Of a stretch of 64,000 nt of DNA, positions 1 through 12,233 are shown piece by piece. How positions within the stretch are numbered: the stretch's first letter is position 1; every line of letters starts with the position of its first letter. Position numbers and translations under genes: made by a program. The DNA comes from Mobula birostris (lineage: Eukaryota). The notes beneath the pieces were generated by a model that worked only from the letters and a program-made list of their open reading frames with translations, was not told where the DNA came from and made no database searches. The stretch lies in the NCBI RefSeq assembly GCF_030028105.1, contig NC_092398.1, forward strand, positions 24,319,649 to 24,383,648. Direction: 5' to 3'.

Positions 1-534
1 TCTCTATCTGTAGGTCTTTGTTCTGAGAAGTTTTATCCGTCTGCGTTTGAGCCAGCTTGCCTGATATATATTTGAGAACCAAAACTTATGTAAAATGTGT
101 AGCTGCTGGAGGAGTTTTTTTTTTTTTTTTTTTGCTTCTTCGCTCTTCGGTAGCGTTGCTGGAGTTCCAGCAAAGTACTAAGAAACTGATTGCGAAGATT
201 TGCCTTGAAGTCGTCATGCAGGATGCAGTGGACTAATTATACATTGTTCTCGAAAATGATAGACATTGTTTTCTGTATATTTGAACGCTAGACAAAGGTT
301 TAAATAAGGAACTATCTGGTCATAAATTGTCCTGAAGCACGTGACATTTACTTCTGTAAAAATCCACTTGTATCTCTTGTCACGTACCATTCATGCATAA
401 GTATGGCTGAGTTTTCTTGTTTGACAGAGTCCTAAGACGCTGATTTACGAACTTGGGCTCTCCATGATATCATGTGTCAATAAAGATTTTCCGAAGCGGC
501 TCCCTTCGGGTCTGTGTACTCTTTTTCCGCGACA
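1..534 (+). repeat. 3' LTR (partial) of a further upstream provirus copy
   Basis: Near-identical to 23626-24157; AATAAA at 479; ends GCGACA followed by GTCAC (535-539). Confidence 0.9.
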
Positions 535-2654
535 GTCACGAATCACTCTAGCACTCATCATGTCTACTGGCAATGTTGGAACACAAGTGTGGAGGAGATA
601 CAGACTCCCAATGAAGAGATGGTGACCAGAGTTCGTTTATAAAATTCGAACAGAACATTCATCGCTTGGTGGATTGCCACCGTGAGACGTAGCATTCCCA
701 AAACTGGGATCGCGCGATCACGTCTAATTGGAAGACTGCTAACATAAGTAACATGGAATCTCCGAGCCTATCAAAATAAAATGAGCAAGTCTAAACAGAA
801 AGCACCGGGACCGCATCCCAAAGAGCGAGTCACTCGAGAAAAAAAAAGTAGGAAGAAATGTCAATCATTGACGTCTCGTTAAAGTTAACGAATTCGGGTG
901 CGCCAATACTCTCAGAGCTCAACACGCTCCTGGACTCCGCAAAGTCAGCGGCATTACGACCCGAGTAGGCGGTCACTTCCGACGGATGTACTGTATACGT
1001 GCGGCTGCTCTCCTCTTACGCAGATGAAAAGACGTTTTCCATCTTCTGAGATTAATGTGATTATTGGAGTGTATTTTGTATTGGTTTCCTTCAGGTTTTC
1101 GGTATTTCTTTCTTGTGGCCGATTGCCGGTGGGCTGAGCAGGTAATTGTTGCATGTAGAAGGCGATGTTGGGGAATTTGGAGTCACTGTCCCTGTTCCTT
1201 TCAGAAAGTAAGGGGTCGAAAACCTAATGTGTACGGAGTCTATGATTGTTATTGTGGCCGATTCTTTTTTTAATGCCCGCAAGGGGGAATATTGGGGTCC
1301 TCGAGTTACTTTTCTATTTTTTCCGTGCCGAATACTCTGGGGGAGTCGATGTGTTTTCTTTCATCAACATCTACGGTCTTTCTGTATTTAATCGCTATCC
1401 GTAGTAAACAAATATCATCATTTAATCACACATGCAGCGAAAATAAGAGAGATGACAGTGATATGATTAAATTATACTGAGTCAACACCCTCCACTATGT
1501 CAACAATTCACAATTTCACCCAGGGGGCGACCCTGCTGTTTGTCCTGGGGTTAAGAACTGGGGAAGAAGGCGGGACCACGAACATCAGAAGCCCCACCCA
1601 CCCACCCGACTCAACTTTTTAAATTAGTTGGCTTCTTAATGCAGTCTGTCCTTCTCTCCTCAGTGACAGGTCCCAACAGCACCACTCCGCTCATTGGTAT
1701 CTCCCGTCACAGCGCTCTCCCACTCGCTCAGCTCCCACTCAGTGGTCGCGCCCGCGCGTATGAACAAAACATGCCGACGAGATAGAAGTCCATTGCCAAT
1801 ATAGACAACCGGCTTCCACTTGTATCCTTTGGTGGATAAACATCAACCGGGTGCTTTAGCACAACGGACGAGCTAAGCGGTCGGGTGTAGTGAATGCCGA
1901 TTCACCGCTCGGAAAACAGACGACAGACACGAACACCGCGAGGCCGCGCCGACTTTCCTGAACTGAAAATGCGCAGTGGGTGGGGGCTTCTGGGGAATGT
2001 ACTCTAGATGTTATTGCTTACAGGGCATGCGCTGCGTTGCGGAGCATCCTGAGGAATATAGTAGATTCGGAATACTTCAACTGCGTATGCGATATAGCTC
2101 ATGAGCTCTTTGGGAGTCCTGCACCCTCCTGGAAGTTCTTGTTTCACAATCTTATAAGGTCTCAATGATTTCTGCACGTTAGACTAGAAATTGCCAGTAC
2201 AACTTCAAAAGTTAATTTCATTTATCTATGAGATCCAATAAGGCCGGTAAATTTTCCCCAATCCCAACAGCCCTACAGAAAGATGGGGGTGAACTGCGCC
2301 CTTGAATCGCCACAGTCTGTTGAAAGGGACTGCTGGGGCCGAGGATGCAGGGTTCAGAGCCGTTGACGGTGATGGATTTCATTTAACTTGCCCGTGATCG
2401 AATGGCAGAGCAGACTTGATCGGCCGGCTGGTCTCATTCTCTTGCCTTAAGGTCTTATGAAGTTGGGACAGCGGATGGCTCTTAGGTGGTTCGTACTGTT
2501 CGCTGCCGCCCCGCCCCCTGCGGGAAAAGCAGCAGGGTTGAGTGGGGGTGTTACCGGAATTGTCCGGGCGAGCAAACGATCTGAATTGTGCGGACATACA
2601 CTGTCCGCCAGTGTTGGAGACTGGTGTCTGACGTCAGGAGTGGCAGGTGAGGGT

Positions 2655-2875
2655 CTTCTTGTCACACGAGTCAAGCTTGTTAGCCCTGAGCTGTGCCCCA
2701 AACCTAGAAGACGAGTCGATCACTCTTAGTTTGGGGTCTATCATTTGACTTGCTTGGCATGGGTGACCCTAACGAGAGCGAAAACATAAATCTCTGACTC
2801 CAGCCGTCAAAGCTCGCTGGGCCAGTGAGGCAAGCAAGCCGCCAAACTCAACGACTGTCTTCTTGTGGTCCTGTT
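2655..2875 (-). mobile_element. Degenerate RTE-clade retrotransposon 5' UTR remnant (also 26278-26498, 53018-53238)
   Basis: Minus strand reads ...GCTGGAGTCAG...TAGGGTCACCCATGCCAAGCAAGTCA...CAGCTCAGGGCTAACAAGC, resembling RTE/Expander 5' ends as recalled; not verified by search. Confidence 0.45.
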
Positions 2876-3010
2876 GGCCGGCGGTGTGGTAAAGAGAAAT
2901 GGCTTGGAGAGGGGGCAAGCCCATATCCATTGGATCAGTGAATGTGAGGGGTCGACTAAGGTACTAAGAATCACAAAGGGACGGCCCAGTGATGGGCACT
3001 GCAACAACGA

Positions 3011-3290
3011 CTCCCAAGATCAGACACAGAGTGAAGCCCGTTCTACATTCTCTCATCCTATACTTCCAGGGTCAGACACAGAATGAAGGGCTCTCCTAAT
3101 CGTTCCATAACACATTCCCCGAGTCAGACACAGAGTGCAGCACCCTCCCCACTGTCCCATCACACTCTCCCGGGGTCAGGCAGAGCGTGAAGTTCCCTCC
3201 ACAGCGTCCAATCGCACACTCTATGGATCAGACACAAAGTGAAGCTCCCTTTACGCCGTCCCATCACCCACTACCAGCGTCAGACACAGT
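3011..3290 (+). repeat. 52-bp minisatellite, ~5.3 degenerate copies
   Basis: CAGACAC(A) core at 3021, 3073, 3125, 3177 (degenerate), 3229, 3281. Confidence 0.9.
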
Positions 3291-4378
3291 GAGTTCCAGT
3301 GAGGAAGAAATCACTGATAGTCTCCATGTACTATCTGTGAAACTCCTGTTCACATATGGTTCGGATTTCTGCAGCATTCATGGACTCACGGTCTCAGACT
3401 ATATTTTTTTGTCTGAGTGTATTTACTGATATCTTATATGCACGTGCAAACATTTATATTGTTTTGTTATGTTTGCTGTTGGTATTTTTTGTTTACCTTG
3501 GCCCCGGAGTAACGCTGTTGCGTTCGGCTATAATCATGTATGCTTGATTAACAATTAAATGAAACTATGAAATGTGGATGCAAAGGCTCATGGCGTCGTA
3601 GTTAAACATTGGGGAACGTAATTCCAAAGCATGGTCACACTGGAGACAACATCTCAGAGATTCCCTTCGAGGCACTTCGGCCGAGCGGCAGTGGTGGGGA
3701 CAGATATGGAACTTTTTCAACGAGAGTATCTTCCCCCTTTGCATCAGGGACCGAGAGAGGAGGCTATCGCTCAGTGCGTTCAGAACACAACATGTTGAAG
3801 AATGAAACACGGGAACTGGTCCTACAAGCACACCATTTCTGTGATAACCCGACCCCAAACTACATTAATCTCTTCAAACTTAGTGCATATCTCTTCATTC
3901 CATTCAATTTTAGACACCATAGACTATTAGACATAGAAGCAGAATAAGGCCATTCAGCTCATCGAGTCTGATTTATCATCCACCTCAGCAACATTCTCTG
4001 GTCTTCTATCCATATACTAGGACACGTTTTCTCAATCGAGAGATCGGCAACCTCCAGGGTAGCGGGGTGGAGATAAATATCTACCAAAAGAGGTGGAAGA
4101 CGCTCCTTCCCTCCGGTAGCCTGCAGGTCACCATTAGGCACGCTGTAACACATGCTTTGTTCTCCTGATCAGTGTCACATGGAACCGCGAGGGCAGTTGG
4201 TATGTGTAGCGGGTGTATGTCACAGATTCTGACTGAGCAACCTGTGATGCCAGGCAGACAATCTCAGAAGGACATTGATAATGGCTGGGTTAAACCATCT
4301 TGTAAAGATACTGGCCAGTAGAAGGCACACGAAAACGGCGGCGACTTTCCGGAAGAGAAAATGCGCTTTTGGTGGAAG

Positions 4379-4506
4379 AACACACACAAAATGCCGGTGG
4401 AACGCAGCAGGCCAGGCAGCATCAGAGGAAGAAATACAATCAACGTTTCGGGCCGAGACCTTTCGTCAGGACGAACTGAAAGAAGAGTGAGTAAGAAATT
4501 TGAAGT
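4379..4506 (-). mobile_element. Penelope-like terminal fragment with hammerhead ribozyme motif (also 28002-28129, 54742-54869)
   Basis: Reverse complement of the PLE end at 17530-17661; minus strand GTC-CTGACGA-AAGGTCTCGGCCC-GAAAC-GTT-GA. Confidence 0.75.
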
Positions 4507-4515
4507 GGTTGTCCT

Positions 4516-5155
4516 GCTGGATGTAGTCTACAATGCTGTTGCTTACAGGGTGTGCGCTCCGTTGTGAAGGATGTCGGGAAATGTATTAAATGAGGAATAA
4601 TTCAACCGCGCATGCTCTATAGCAAATGGGGTTAATTTCAGAAATTAACCACGTGGCCTCCTTCTAACTTAACTTCTCAACAATGAAAGGAAATGCTTTG
4701 TTATTCACTGCTCTCTGAGTAAAATATTATCTCATGATGTCAACACCTCAACTTCCTAATATTGAGCTTCCTGGAACTACAAACCCAGAGTGTCTCTACC
4801 GATGTGGAGTAACTCATCTCTTCTGTTCATTGGGAATTAAGACCGCACCTTTGCTAAATCAGCATCCAAATTCCGCACAAGAAACAACTCCTCAAAATAA
4901 CTCGATCACCCAATGAATTCGACCGTCCATCACTGTTCAGGTCCTGTGCAAGGCTACTCCCATGCGCCCAAGGGAATTTAACGTCTGAGTGCAAGTATCC
5001 AAACCTGCGGAGGACCGCGACGGAGCCGGAGATTTCAGGCAAAGGTGAGATGAATTTCCACGGGATTCAGATAACAGATACTGAGATAGTGTAGACAGTC
5101 AGAATCGCTTTCCCATTGTGGGAGCAACATTGAGAGGAAAGCTTATATTTATCAT
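4516..5155 (+). repeat. Older paralogue of the putative GPCR promoter/exon-1 module (also 28139-28778, 54879-55518)
   Basis: 4626-5060 aligns with 10363-10800 and 5075-5155 with 11050-11132; 4516-4625 aligns with 1990-2100; splice donor AAG|GTGAGA at 5044/5045. Confidence 0.75.
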
Positions 5156-5239
5156 GAGGTCATGAGGACATGATTATTTTGGTATCAGAGAGTGTAATGT
5201 CCTGGTTCATATTTTTACCGTTATTTTGTAAGTATTTCA

Positions 5240-6010
5240 TTTTAGTCTTCAGCCTCCAAGTTCACGAAACCAAATCCTTAACTATCGACTCCAATATCTT
5301 CCCAACCACTGCGGTCAGACTAATTGGCCTACAATATTCTTTCTTCTTCCTCTCTCCATTTTTGAGGAGTCTAATGACGTTTGCAATTTTACAGTCTTCG
5401 GACCTATTCCAAAAACCAGTGATCCTTGAAAGATCATTACGATTGCCTTTGCAATCTCTTCAGCTACCTCTTTCTGAGCACTGGGGTGTACACCATCAGG
5501 TCTATGTGACTCATCCACGTTCAGACCTATCAGTTTGCCAAGGATCTTTACCCCAGTAATGTTAACTTCACACACTTCATGATCCACGATACACGAACGG
5601 TATGTTGCTTCCGTGCTGCCAGGATAAAGAATGTCTCTGAAACGATCCAAGGACATTCCCAAAGACGACAGGGGACAGCCAAACGTATTACTTCCTATTG
5701 GCACGAATAAAATAGGGAGACAAAGTGACGAGGTCCTGAAGAGACATTTTAGGGAATTCGGTAGAAACTAAGAAACAAGACTTTCAGGGTGCTAATCGCT
5801 GAATTGCTAACTGTGTCATGCGCCAGTCATTGTAGGAATAGGAAGAATTGGCAGATGATGACGTAATTGATGAACTAGTGCAGAGGGCACGCAGGAACTT
5901 AGATTCATCGGACATTGGGATCTCTTCTGGTGAAGGTATGACTTGTACAAAAGGGACTGATTACACCTGAACCCGAGATGGTCCAATATCCTTTCGTGGC
6001 TGAAAGAGGA
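5240..6010. mobile_element. CR1 fragments: ORF2 piece (-, ~5240-5575) abutting an ORF1 SGNH-esterase piece (+, ~5578-6010); also 28863-29633, 55603-56373
   Basis: ORF 5315-5704(-) LIGLNVDESHRPDGVHP..KEVAEEIA; the + piece aligns with the reverse complement of 19130-19550. Confidence 0.75.
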
Positions 6011-6189
6011 TTTTTCAGTAGCTAGCAGCTTAATGTCCAAGGTTTTACAGTGTAGCGCAAGGACAGGCAGGACGGCAGAAGTTGTGGCGTTGGTGTGATG
6101 CTGAAAAAAATGAATTGAAATCATTAGTAAGAGGTGACAATGGAAAGAAGGTTATTGAATCTTTGTGGATTCACTGTGAGAATTCGGAT

Positions 6190-7378
6190 ACAATCCCGAA
6201 AATAATTTGGCTTATTGAGATTTTTCTATCGAGTATCATTTTTCTAATTATTTTTAAACGCTCTACGATTGATATGGCTTTTAAAGAACAGGATGTATTA
6301 AGTATTAAATGCTTTCAGGACTTGTTTGTAGAGGGAAGTATCTTATCGTTTGAACAACTCTCAACGAAATACAGTTTACCTAAAACTCATTTTTTTCTTT
6401 GATACCTACAAATAAGAGATTTTTGACGGTGTCAAATAAGAATATTTCCCAAAAGCCCTGAGAAGAACCTACTGGATGCATTTTTTAATTTGATTTTTTT
6501 TAATAATGGATCTATATCTACTGTCTAAAATATGCTGTAGAGAATGAGAATTGTTCCTTCAGATACAATAAAAAAATACTTTGGGAACAAGATTTACAGA
6601 TTTCAATTTCTGAGTAAACTTGGAATCAAATTTATAAATTGGTTAACACTTCATCGTTATGTGCCCGCCACTCTGTCCTACAATTTAAAGTGGTACATTG
6701 CGCCCATATGACCAAGGATAAATTGCCTCGCTTTTATTTAGGTGTATCTCCGTTTTGTGATCAATGTAATAATGGAGAAGCTTCACTCATTTACATGTTT
6801 TGGACATGTCCGAGTCTTGAAAAATATTGGAAAGAAGTACTTCAAACCTTCTTGATACTTTTCAAAATATACTTTAAAACTAATCCTTTGACACTTTTAT
6901 TTGGTATTGTTGGAGGAAACGATATCATTTTGGAGTCATCTGACTTGCATATTTGGCCTTTATTTATCCTATGGCCAGAAGGACAATCTTGCTCAAATGG
7001 AAAGCTGTGTCCCCACCCATTCACTCTCAATCGTCTCGTGATGTCATGTCATGTATAAATGTAGAGAACATTCGATGTTTAATCTCTGAATCCAGCAAAG
7101 ACTTTCAAACATTGTAGGTAACTTGTGTGAATGATTTTCTAAACATTTGATTTGCTGTTAAACCACAGATGATGACTGAAACTTTTTTTCATTTTTTTCT
7201 TTACTAATCATCTTCGGTCTTGGTAGTGAGTAACATTTTTAATATAACAAAATTACTATATTTCAATCTTACGTATTAATTAATCAGTATGAATATAGCG
7301 TAAGGAGTCATTATGTGCAATATATTTTTTCCTGTACACTGTATTCTTATATGCAAAATTAATAATAAAAATATTGGA
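6190..7378 (+). mobile_element. L1-clade LINE 3' fragment (also 29813-31000, 56553-57740)
   Basis: SFEQLSTKYSLPKTHFF, LQFKVVH, SPFCDQC...MFWTCPSLEKYW (C-terminal Cys-rich domain of L1 ORF2), AT-rich 3' UTR and A-rich end. Confidence 0.8.
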
Positions 7379-7439
7379 AAGGAGTCGTTGTGGAGAGAAT
7401 CTTCCTGTTAGGTTGAAAGGAGGTTTAAAAGTTTGAGGG

Positions 7440-9207
7440 AGCCATGGTTTTCAAGGGATATTGCAAGCTTGGTTTTGAAAAAGATAGGGATCTACAATAA
7501 ATATATGCAGCTTGGAGTTAATGAGGTGCTCGAGAAATATAAAGAACGTAAAAAAGAATCTTAAGAAAGAAATTGGAAGTGCTAAAATAAGATAGGAGGC
7601 TACTTTAGCAAGTAGATAAAAATAAATCCAAAGGGTTTCTACAGTTGTACTAATAGTAAATGGATAGTGAGGGATATAATTGGTCTCTCAGAGAATCAGA
7701 GTGGACGGCTATATGGGGAGCCAAAAGAAAGGGGGAGATTTTGAACAATTTCTTTTCTTCGGTATTCACTAAGGAGAAGGATTTTGAATTGTGTAAGGTA
7801 AAGGAAACCAGACGGGTATTTATGGAAAGTACGACGATTAAAGTAAAGCAAGTATTAGCGCTGTTGAGGAATCTAAAAGTGTATAAGTTTCTGGGTCTGG
7901 ACAAGATATTCACTAGGACCTTGAGGGAAGTTAGTGTGGAAATCGCAGGGGCTCTGACAGAAATATTTCAAATATCATTAGAAACGGGGTTGGATGTTGC
8001 CAGAGGATTGCCATATTGCTCATGTTGTTCCATTGTTTAAAACGGGTTCTAAGACTATATCTAGCAATTATCGGCTTGTGAGTTTGACGTAAGTGGTGGG
8101 TAAATTGATGGAAGTATTCTTAGAGAAGCTATATACAATTATCTGGATAGACAGGGCTGATTAGAGACAGTCATCCTGGATTTGTGCGTGGAAGGTCATG
8201 TTTGACAAATCTTATAGAATGTTTGATTAGGTTACTCGGAAAGTTGACGAGGGTAAGGCGTTGGATGTTGTCTGTATGGATTTCAGTAAAGCCTTAGACA
8301 AAATTCCACACGGAAGGTTAGTTAGGAAGGTTCAATCGTTAGGCATTAATTTCGATGTAGTATAATGGATTCAGCAGTGGCTGAAAGATGGCAGATAGAG
8401 TTTAATGCTGAAAGATGAGAGGTGCTACATTTTGGTGGGACTAATCAAAATAGGACATACATGGTATATGGTAGGGCATTGAAGAATGCAGTAGAACAGA
8501 GGGATCTAGGAATAATGGTGCATAGTTCCCTGAAGGTGGAATCTCATGTGATAGGGTGGTGAAGAAAGCTTTTGGTATGCTGGCCTTCATTAATTAGAGC
8601 ATTGAGTATAGTAGTTGGGATGTAATGTTGAAATTGTATAAGGCATTGGTGTGGCCAGATTTGGAGTATTGTGTACAGTTCTGGTCACCGAATTATCGGG
8701 AAGATGTCAATAAAATTGGGAGAGTACAGAGGAGATTTATTAAAACGTTACCTGTGTTTCATCTCCTAAGTTACAGATAAAGGTTTAACAAGTTAGGTCT
8801 TTGTTCTTTGGAGCAGAGAATGATGCGAAGGGACTTGAAAGAGGTATTTAAAATTATGAAGGGGATGGATAGAGTTGACGTGGATAGGCTTTTTCCATTT
8901 GAGAGTGGGAGAGATTCAAACAAGAGAACATGAGTTGAGAGTTAAAGGGAAAAAGTTTAGGGGTAACATGAGGGGTAACTTCTTTACTCAGAGAGTGGTA
9001 GCTGTGTGGAACGAGCATCCAGCAGAAATGGAGCAGGTTTGATGTTGTCGTGTAAAGTAAATTTGGATAGATATATGGACAGGAAAGGAATCGGGGGTTA
9101 TGGCTGAGTGCAGGTCGGTGGAGCAAGGTGAGAGTAACAGATCGGCACGGACTAGAAGGGCCTAGATGGCCTGTTTCCGTGCTGTAATTGCTATATGGTT
9201 ATATGGA
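7440..9207 (+). mobile_element. CR1 LINE, 5'-truncated and internally deleted
   Basis: EILNNFFSSVFTKE, GPDKIF.R.LRE, DVV.MDFSKA.DK.PH, LEYCVQFWSP; short repeat tail TATGGTTATATGG. Confidence 0.88.
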
Positions 9208-9229
9208 TAGAGCTAAAAAAAAAAAACTG

Positions 9230-10362
9230 CAAGTGTAAGAAGTCCCTGTCTTAGTCGCTGAAGAACTGAGGGAAAAGTTTAAGGTAAAAGAACCCTAAGG
9301 GTAAAGTGATCATATTATGATTGAATTTATCCTGAAGAACTTGCTCTGAACACATGTGTATCAGGTACGACTGCAGAATATAGGTAAGTAGAGTGACCGC
9401 AGAATATAGGTAATTAGAGTCATGAGAGAGGCGTTGGCCAGAATAGATAGGAAAAGAACACTTTGGACGTTGGTAGAACCGCAATGGCTGGAATTTCCGG
9501 AAGCAGCTCGGAAGGCGCAGAATATAAACATCCCAACAGAAGGAAGTATTCTCAAGGCACAATGAAACAATCGTGGGCAAGAAAAGAAGTTAACGCCAAC
9601 AGAAATCCAAACGGTAACCAAAAATACAGCGAGATTTACTAGGAATTCAGAGGATTAGGTAGCTTTGAAAAACCAACAGAAGAAACCTAAAAAGTAATTG
9701 AAGATGGAATACGAAGGTAAACTGACCAATAAAATTAAAGAGGATACCAAATATTTCCTACGATAAGTAAAGTGTAAAAGAGAGACAAGAATGGATGTTG
9801 GGCCTCAGTAAATAAATGCTGTTGAGTTAGTAATGGGGGACACGGAATTGGTAGATGATCTGAATAAATATTTTTCATCTCTACTCACTGTGGAAGACAC
9901 GAGCAGGATGGGTGTGAATTCACTATTCCTCGACAGCAAGTTCTGGGGTAAATCGAAGGACTGGGATAGATCAGTCATCTGGAACAGATGGAGTAATCAC
10001 AAAAAGAAACTCTGCACTGTCCCATCATACAATGTCCGGCAGAAATAAATCCCGTGGCCTCTAATAAATGGAAGGTTTTATTCTTCATTCCTCTCTGAGT
10101 GAAGTATTATCTCATGATGACAACACGTGAAATTGTGCATATTGAGCTTCTTGTAACTTCAAACCCAGAGTGTTTGGACGGCTGTAAAAAGATGCTGGAG
10201 ATGTACTAAAGGCGGACGCGCAAACGGCGGACCACCTGAATAGGTATTTTCCATCAGTGTTCACTGTGGAAGACACCAGCATGAAGTGTCGGAATTCACT
10301 ATTCCTTGATAGAAAGTTCTGGGGAATCAAAAGGTCTGAAGGTAGATAAATCACCTGACCTT
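9230..10362 (+). mobile_element. Older CR1 ORF2 fragments, interleaved with a partial promoter-module copy (10045-10175)
   Basis: DDLNKYFSSLLTVEDT (9833 ORF), second LNRYFPSVFTVEDT at ~10235, GLKVDKSP. Confidence 0.7.
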
Positions 10363-10787
10363 ATGGGGTCAATTTCAGAAATTTACCACGTGATCGCTTT
10401 ATCTACTTTACTTCTCAAAAACAAGAGGAAATGTTTTTTCCCTCTGTGCTTTCTGAGTAAAGCATTATCTCATGATTTCAACAACTCAACTTCTTTATAT
10501 TGAGCTTCCTGGATCTTCAAACCCAGAGAGTCTCTACCGAGGTGGACGAACTCATCTTTTCGCTCATTCGGAACCAAGGCCCCATCTTTACTAAATCAGC
10601 ATCCAAATTCAGCACAAGACACAACTCCTCGATCTACCTCGAGTACTTAGGAAATCCCACCGTCCGTCTCTGTGCAAGTCCCGTTCAAGATTACTTTCGT
10701 GCGCTCAGGAGAACTTAACGTCTAAGTACAAGACTCCAAAACTGCTGAGGACCGGGAAGGAGCCGGAGGTTCCAGGGAAAGGTGAGA
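10363..10787 (+). promoter_or_regulatory. Putative promoter and non-coding exon 1 of the GPCR (also ~33984-34408, ~60724-61147)
   Basis: Block duplicated locally, ending in a consensus donor AAG|GTGAGA (10781/10782); candidate acceptor after a long pyrimidine tract at CAG 12143-12145 or 12148-12150; E-box CACGTG 10387 and ETS-like AAGAGGAAAT 10423. No transcript evidence. Confidence 0.5.
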
Positions 10788-11569
10788 TGCATTTCCACGG
10801 GTTTTATATTAATTTGGAAATGTGGTGGCTGATCAGGGATCATCAGCGTGGCGGCGTTGTGGAAGGAGGCCTGCCTTACTACTTTCGGGAGGTTTTTCAG
10901 GAGAGTATATTCTCTTAGGCAATGAAGGCAGGGCAGTGGGATTATCAATATGCAGTTCAGTGAGGAGAACTTCAGAGGTTAGAAAGCCTGGGCTTGTTTT
11001 CCATGCGGCGGAAAGCAGCTTACGGATGGCCTAACAAAGGAAATTAAGATACTAGCTATAGAGATGGTGCAGACAGGTAGAATCGCTTTTTCATTGTAGG
11101 AGCAACATTGAGGGTAAGGCTTATATTTATCTCGAGCGGAGACTTAACCGAATATAAAGGCTAGGCTATTTTAAAGTTTATTTTAATTTTTAGTTAGATT
11201 TGGAGATAAAGTACGGTAATCAGCCCTTCCGACCCGACGAGACCGTGCCGCCCAATTACTGTCATGTGATCAATTAACCTACTGGCGTCTCGAGTTTCTG
11301 GGGTTGACAGGTTTGTCATATGAGGCACTCACTTCTACTCACTGAAATTCAGAAGAATTGGTGGGCGGGGGGGATGTCTTCATAGAAAGCTGTTCAATGT
11401 GAAAAGGCCTCGAAAGAGTGGATGTAGAATAGATGTTTCCTATGGGAAGTAGGCTAAGACTAGACGACACAGCCGCAGAATGCAGGGCCGTTCTTTTAAC
11501 AGGGAGCTTATGAGCACTTTGGAAAGCCATTCTACAGTACTCTGCAAAGTGTCTTAGGCACATACTGTA

Positions 11570-11755
11570 TTTAGAGACACACGTGGAGCAGCCCTTTCTG
11601 CCATCTAGCCCGCACCGCCAGCAGCCAACCTATTTAATCGCAGCCTTTTCGCAGGATATTTTACAATGATCAAATAACCTCATAACTAGTACGTCTGTTG
11701 AACGTGGAGAAACCGGAGTACCCGGAGCAAACTCACACGGTCTCGGGAACTTGTA
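11570..11755 (-). mobile_element. V-SINE/HE1-like SINE fragment (also 35191-35376, 61930-62115)
   Basis: GAAACCGGAGTACCCGGAG.AAAC.CAC motif characteristic of the reverse complement of V-SINE central domains. Confidence 0.6.
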
Positions 11756-12233
11756 TCAGTGGTTGTAGCAACCTGATCACCCTAATCCAGTAGAATATTC
11801 TCCTGGCTGCAGAGGATGATACAGGATCAAAATAACGGCTGTGTTCGGGTGGATACCCTTCATAGGGAACGCCTCCGTGGCACTTTGTTTCACGTGGGGA
11901 GGATAAAACACGGGCAGCCACCACACGGTATTTGACAGTTCTGGGCGGCCGGGGTCCAGCGGCAAGTAATGAAAGAAGATTGTGGTCTCTGCGCTGCAGC
12001 AGACTTACTCCACCTTCACTGCCATATTACGTGTCCTGTTTCCGTTCCGTGTGGCTATCTTCCTTCTTCGTTCTCTCCTTCTCTCCTCAATACCTCTTCG
12101 CTCAATTATTCAACCCTCTAACTTCCACAATTTTTCCACCACCAGATCAGACATATCGCTCTCTGAAGGAGTGTCCAATTCGACGTTCACTGGGAATCTC
12201 TCCCCCAACAATTTCGCGACCGGTAGATTCAGA

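Noticed and set aside
3011-3290. CRISPR-like regularly spaced repeats
   Set aside because: The intervening sequences resemble each other (tandem monomers); eukaryotic context; no cas genes.
4045-4370. Possible RTE-related non-autonomous repeat
   Set aside because: Resembles a dispersed repeat from memory but is too degenerate to classify without a library search.
898-5050. Many 60-112 aa ORFs conserved in all three units
   Set aside because: Conservation only reflects recent duplication; mostly non-ATG starts, no domains, and some frameshifted in unit 3.
11982-12152. N-terminal extension of the 364-aa GPCR ORF from GTG
   Set aside because: Non-ATG start; the Leu/Ser/Phe-rich peptide is the translation of a polypyrimidine tract ending in CAG, probably intron.
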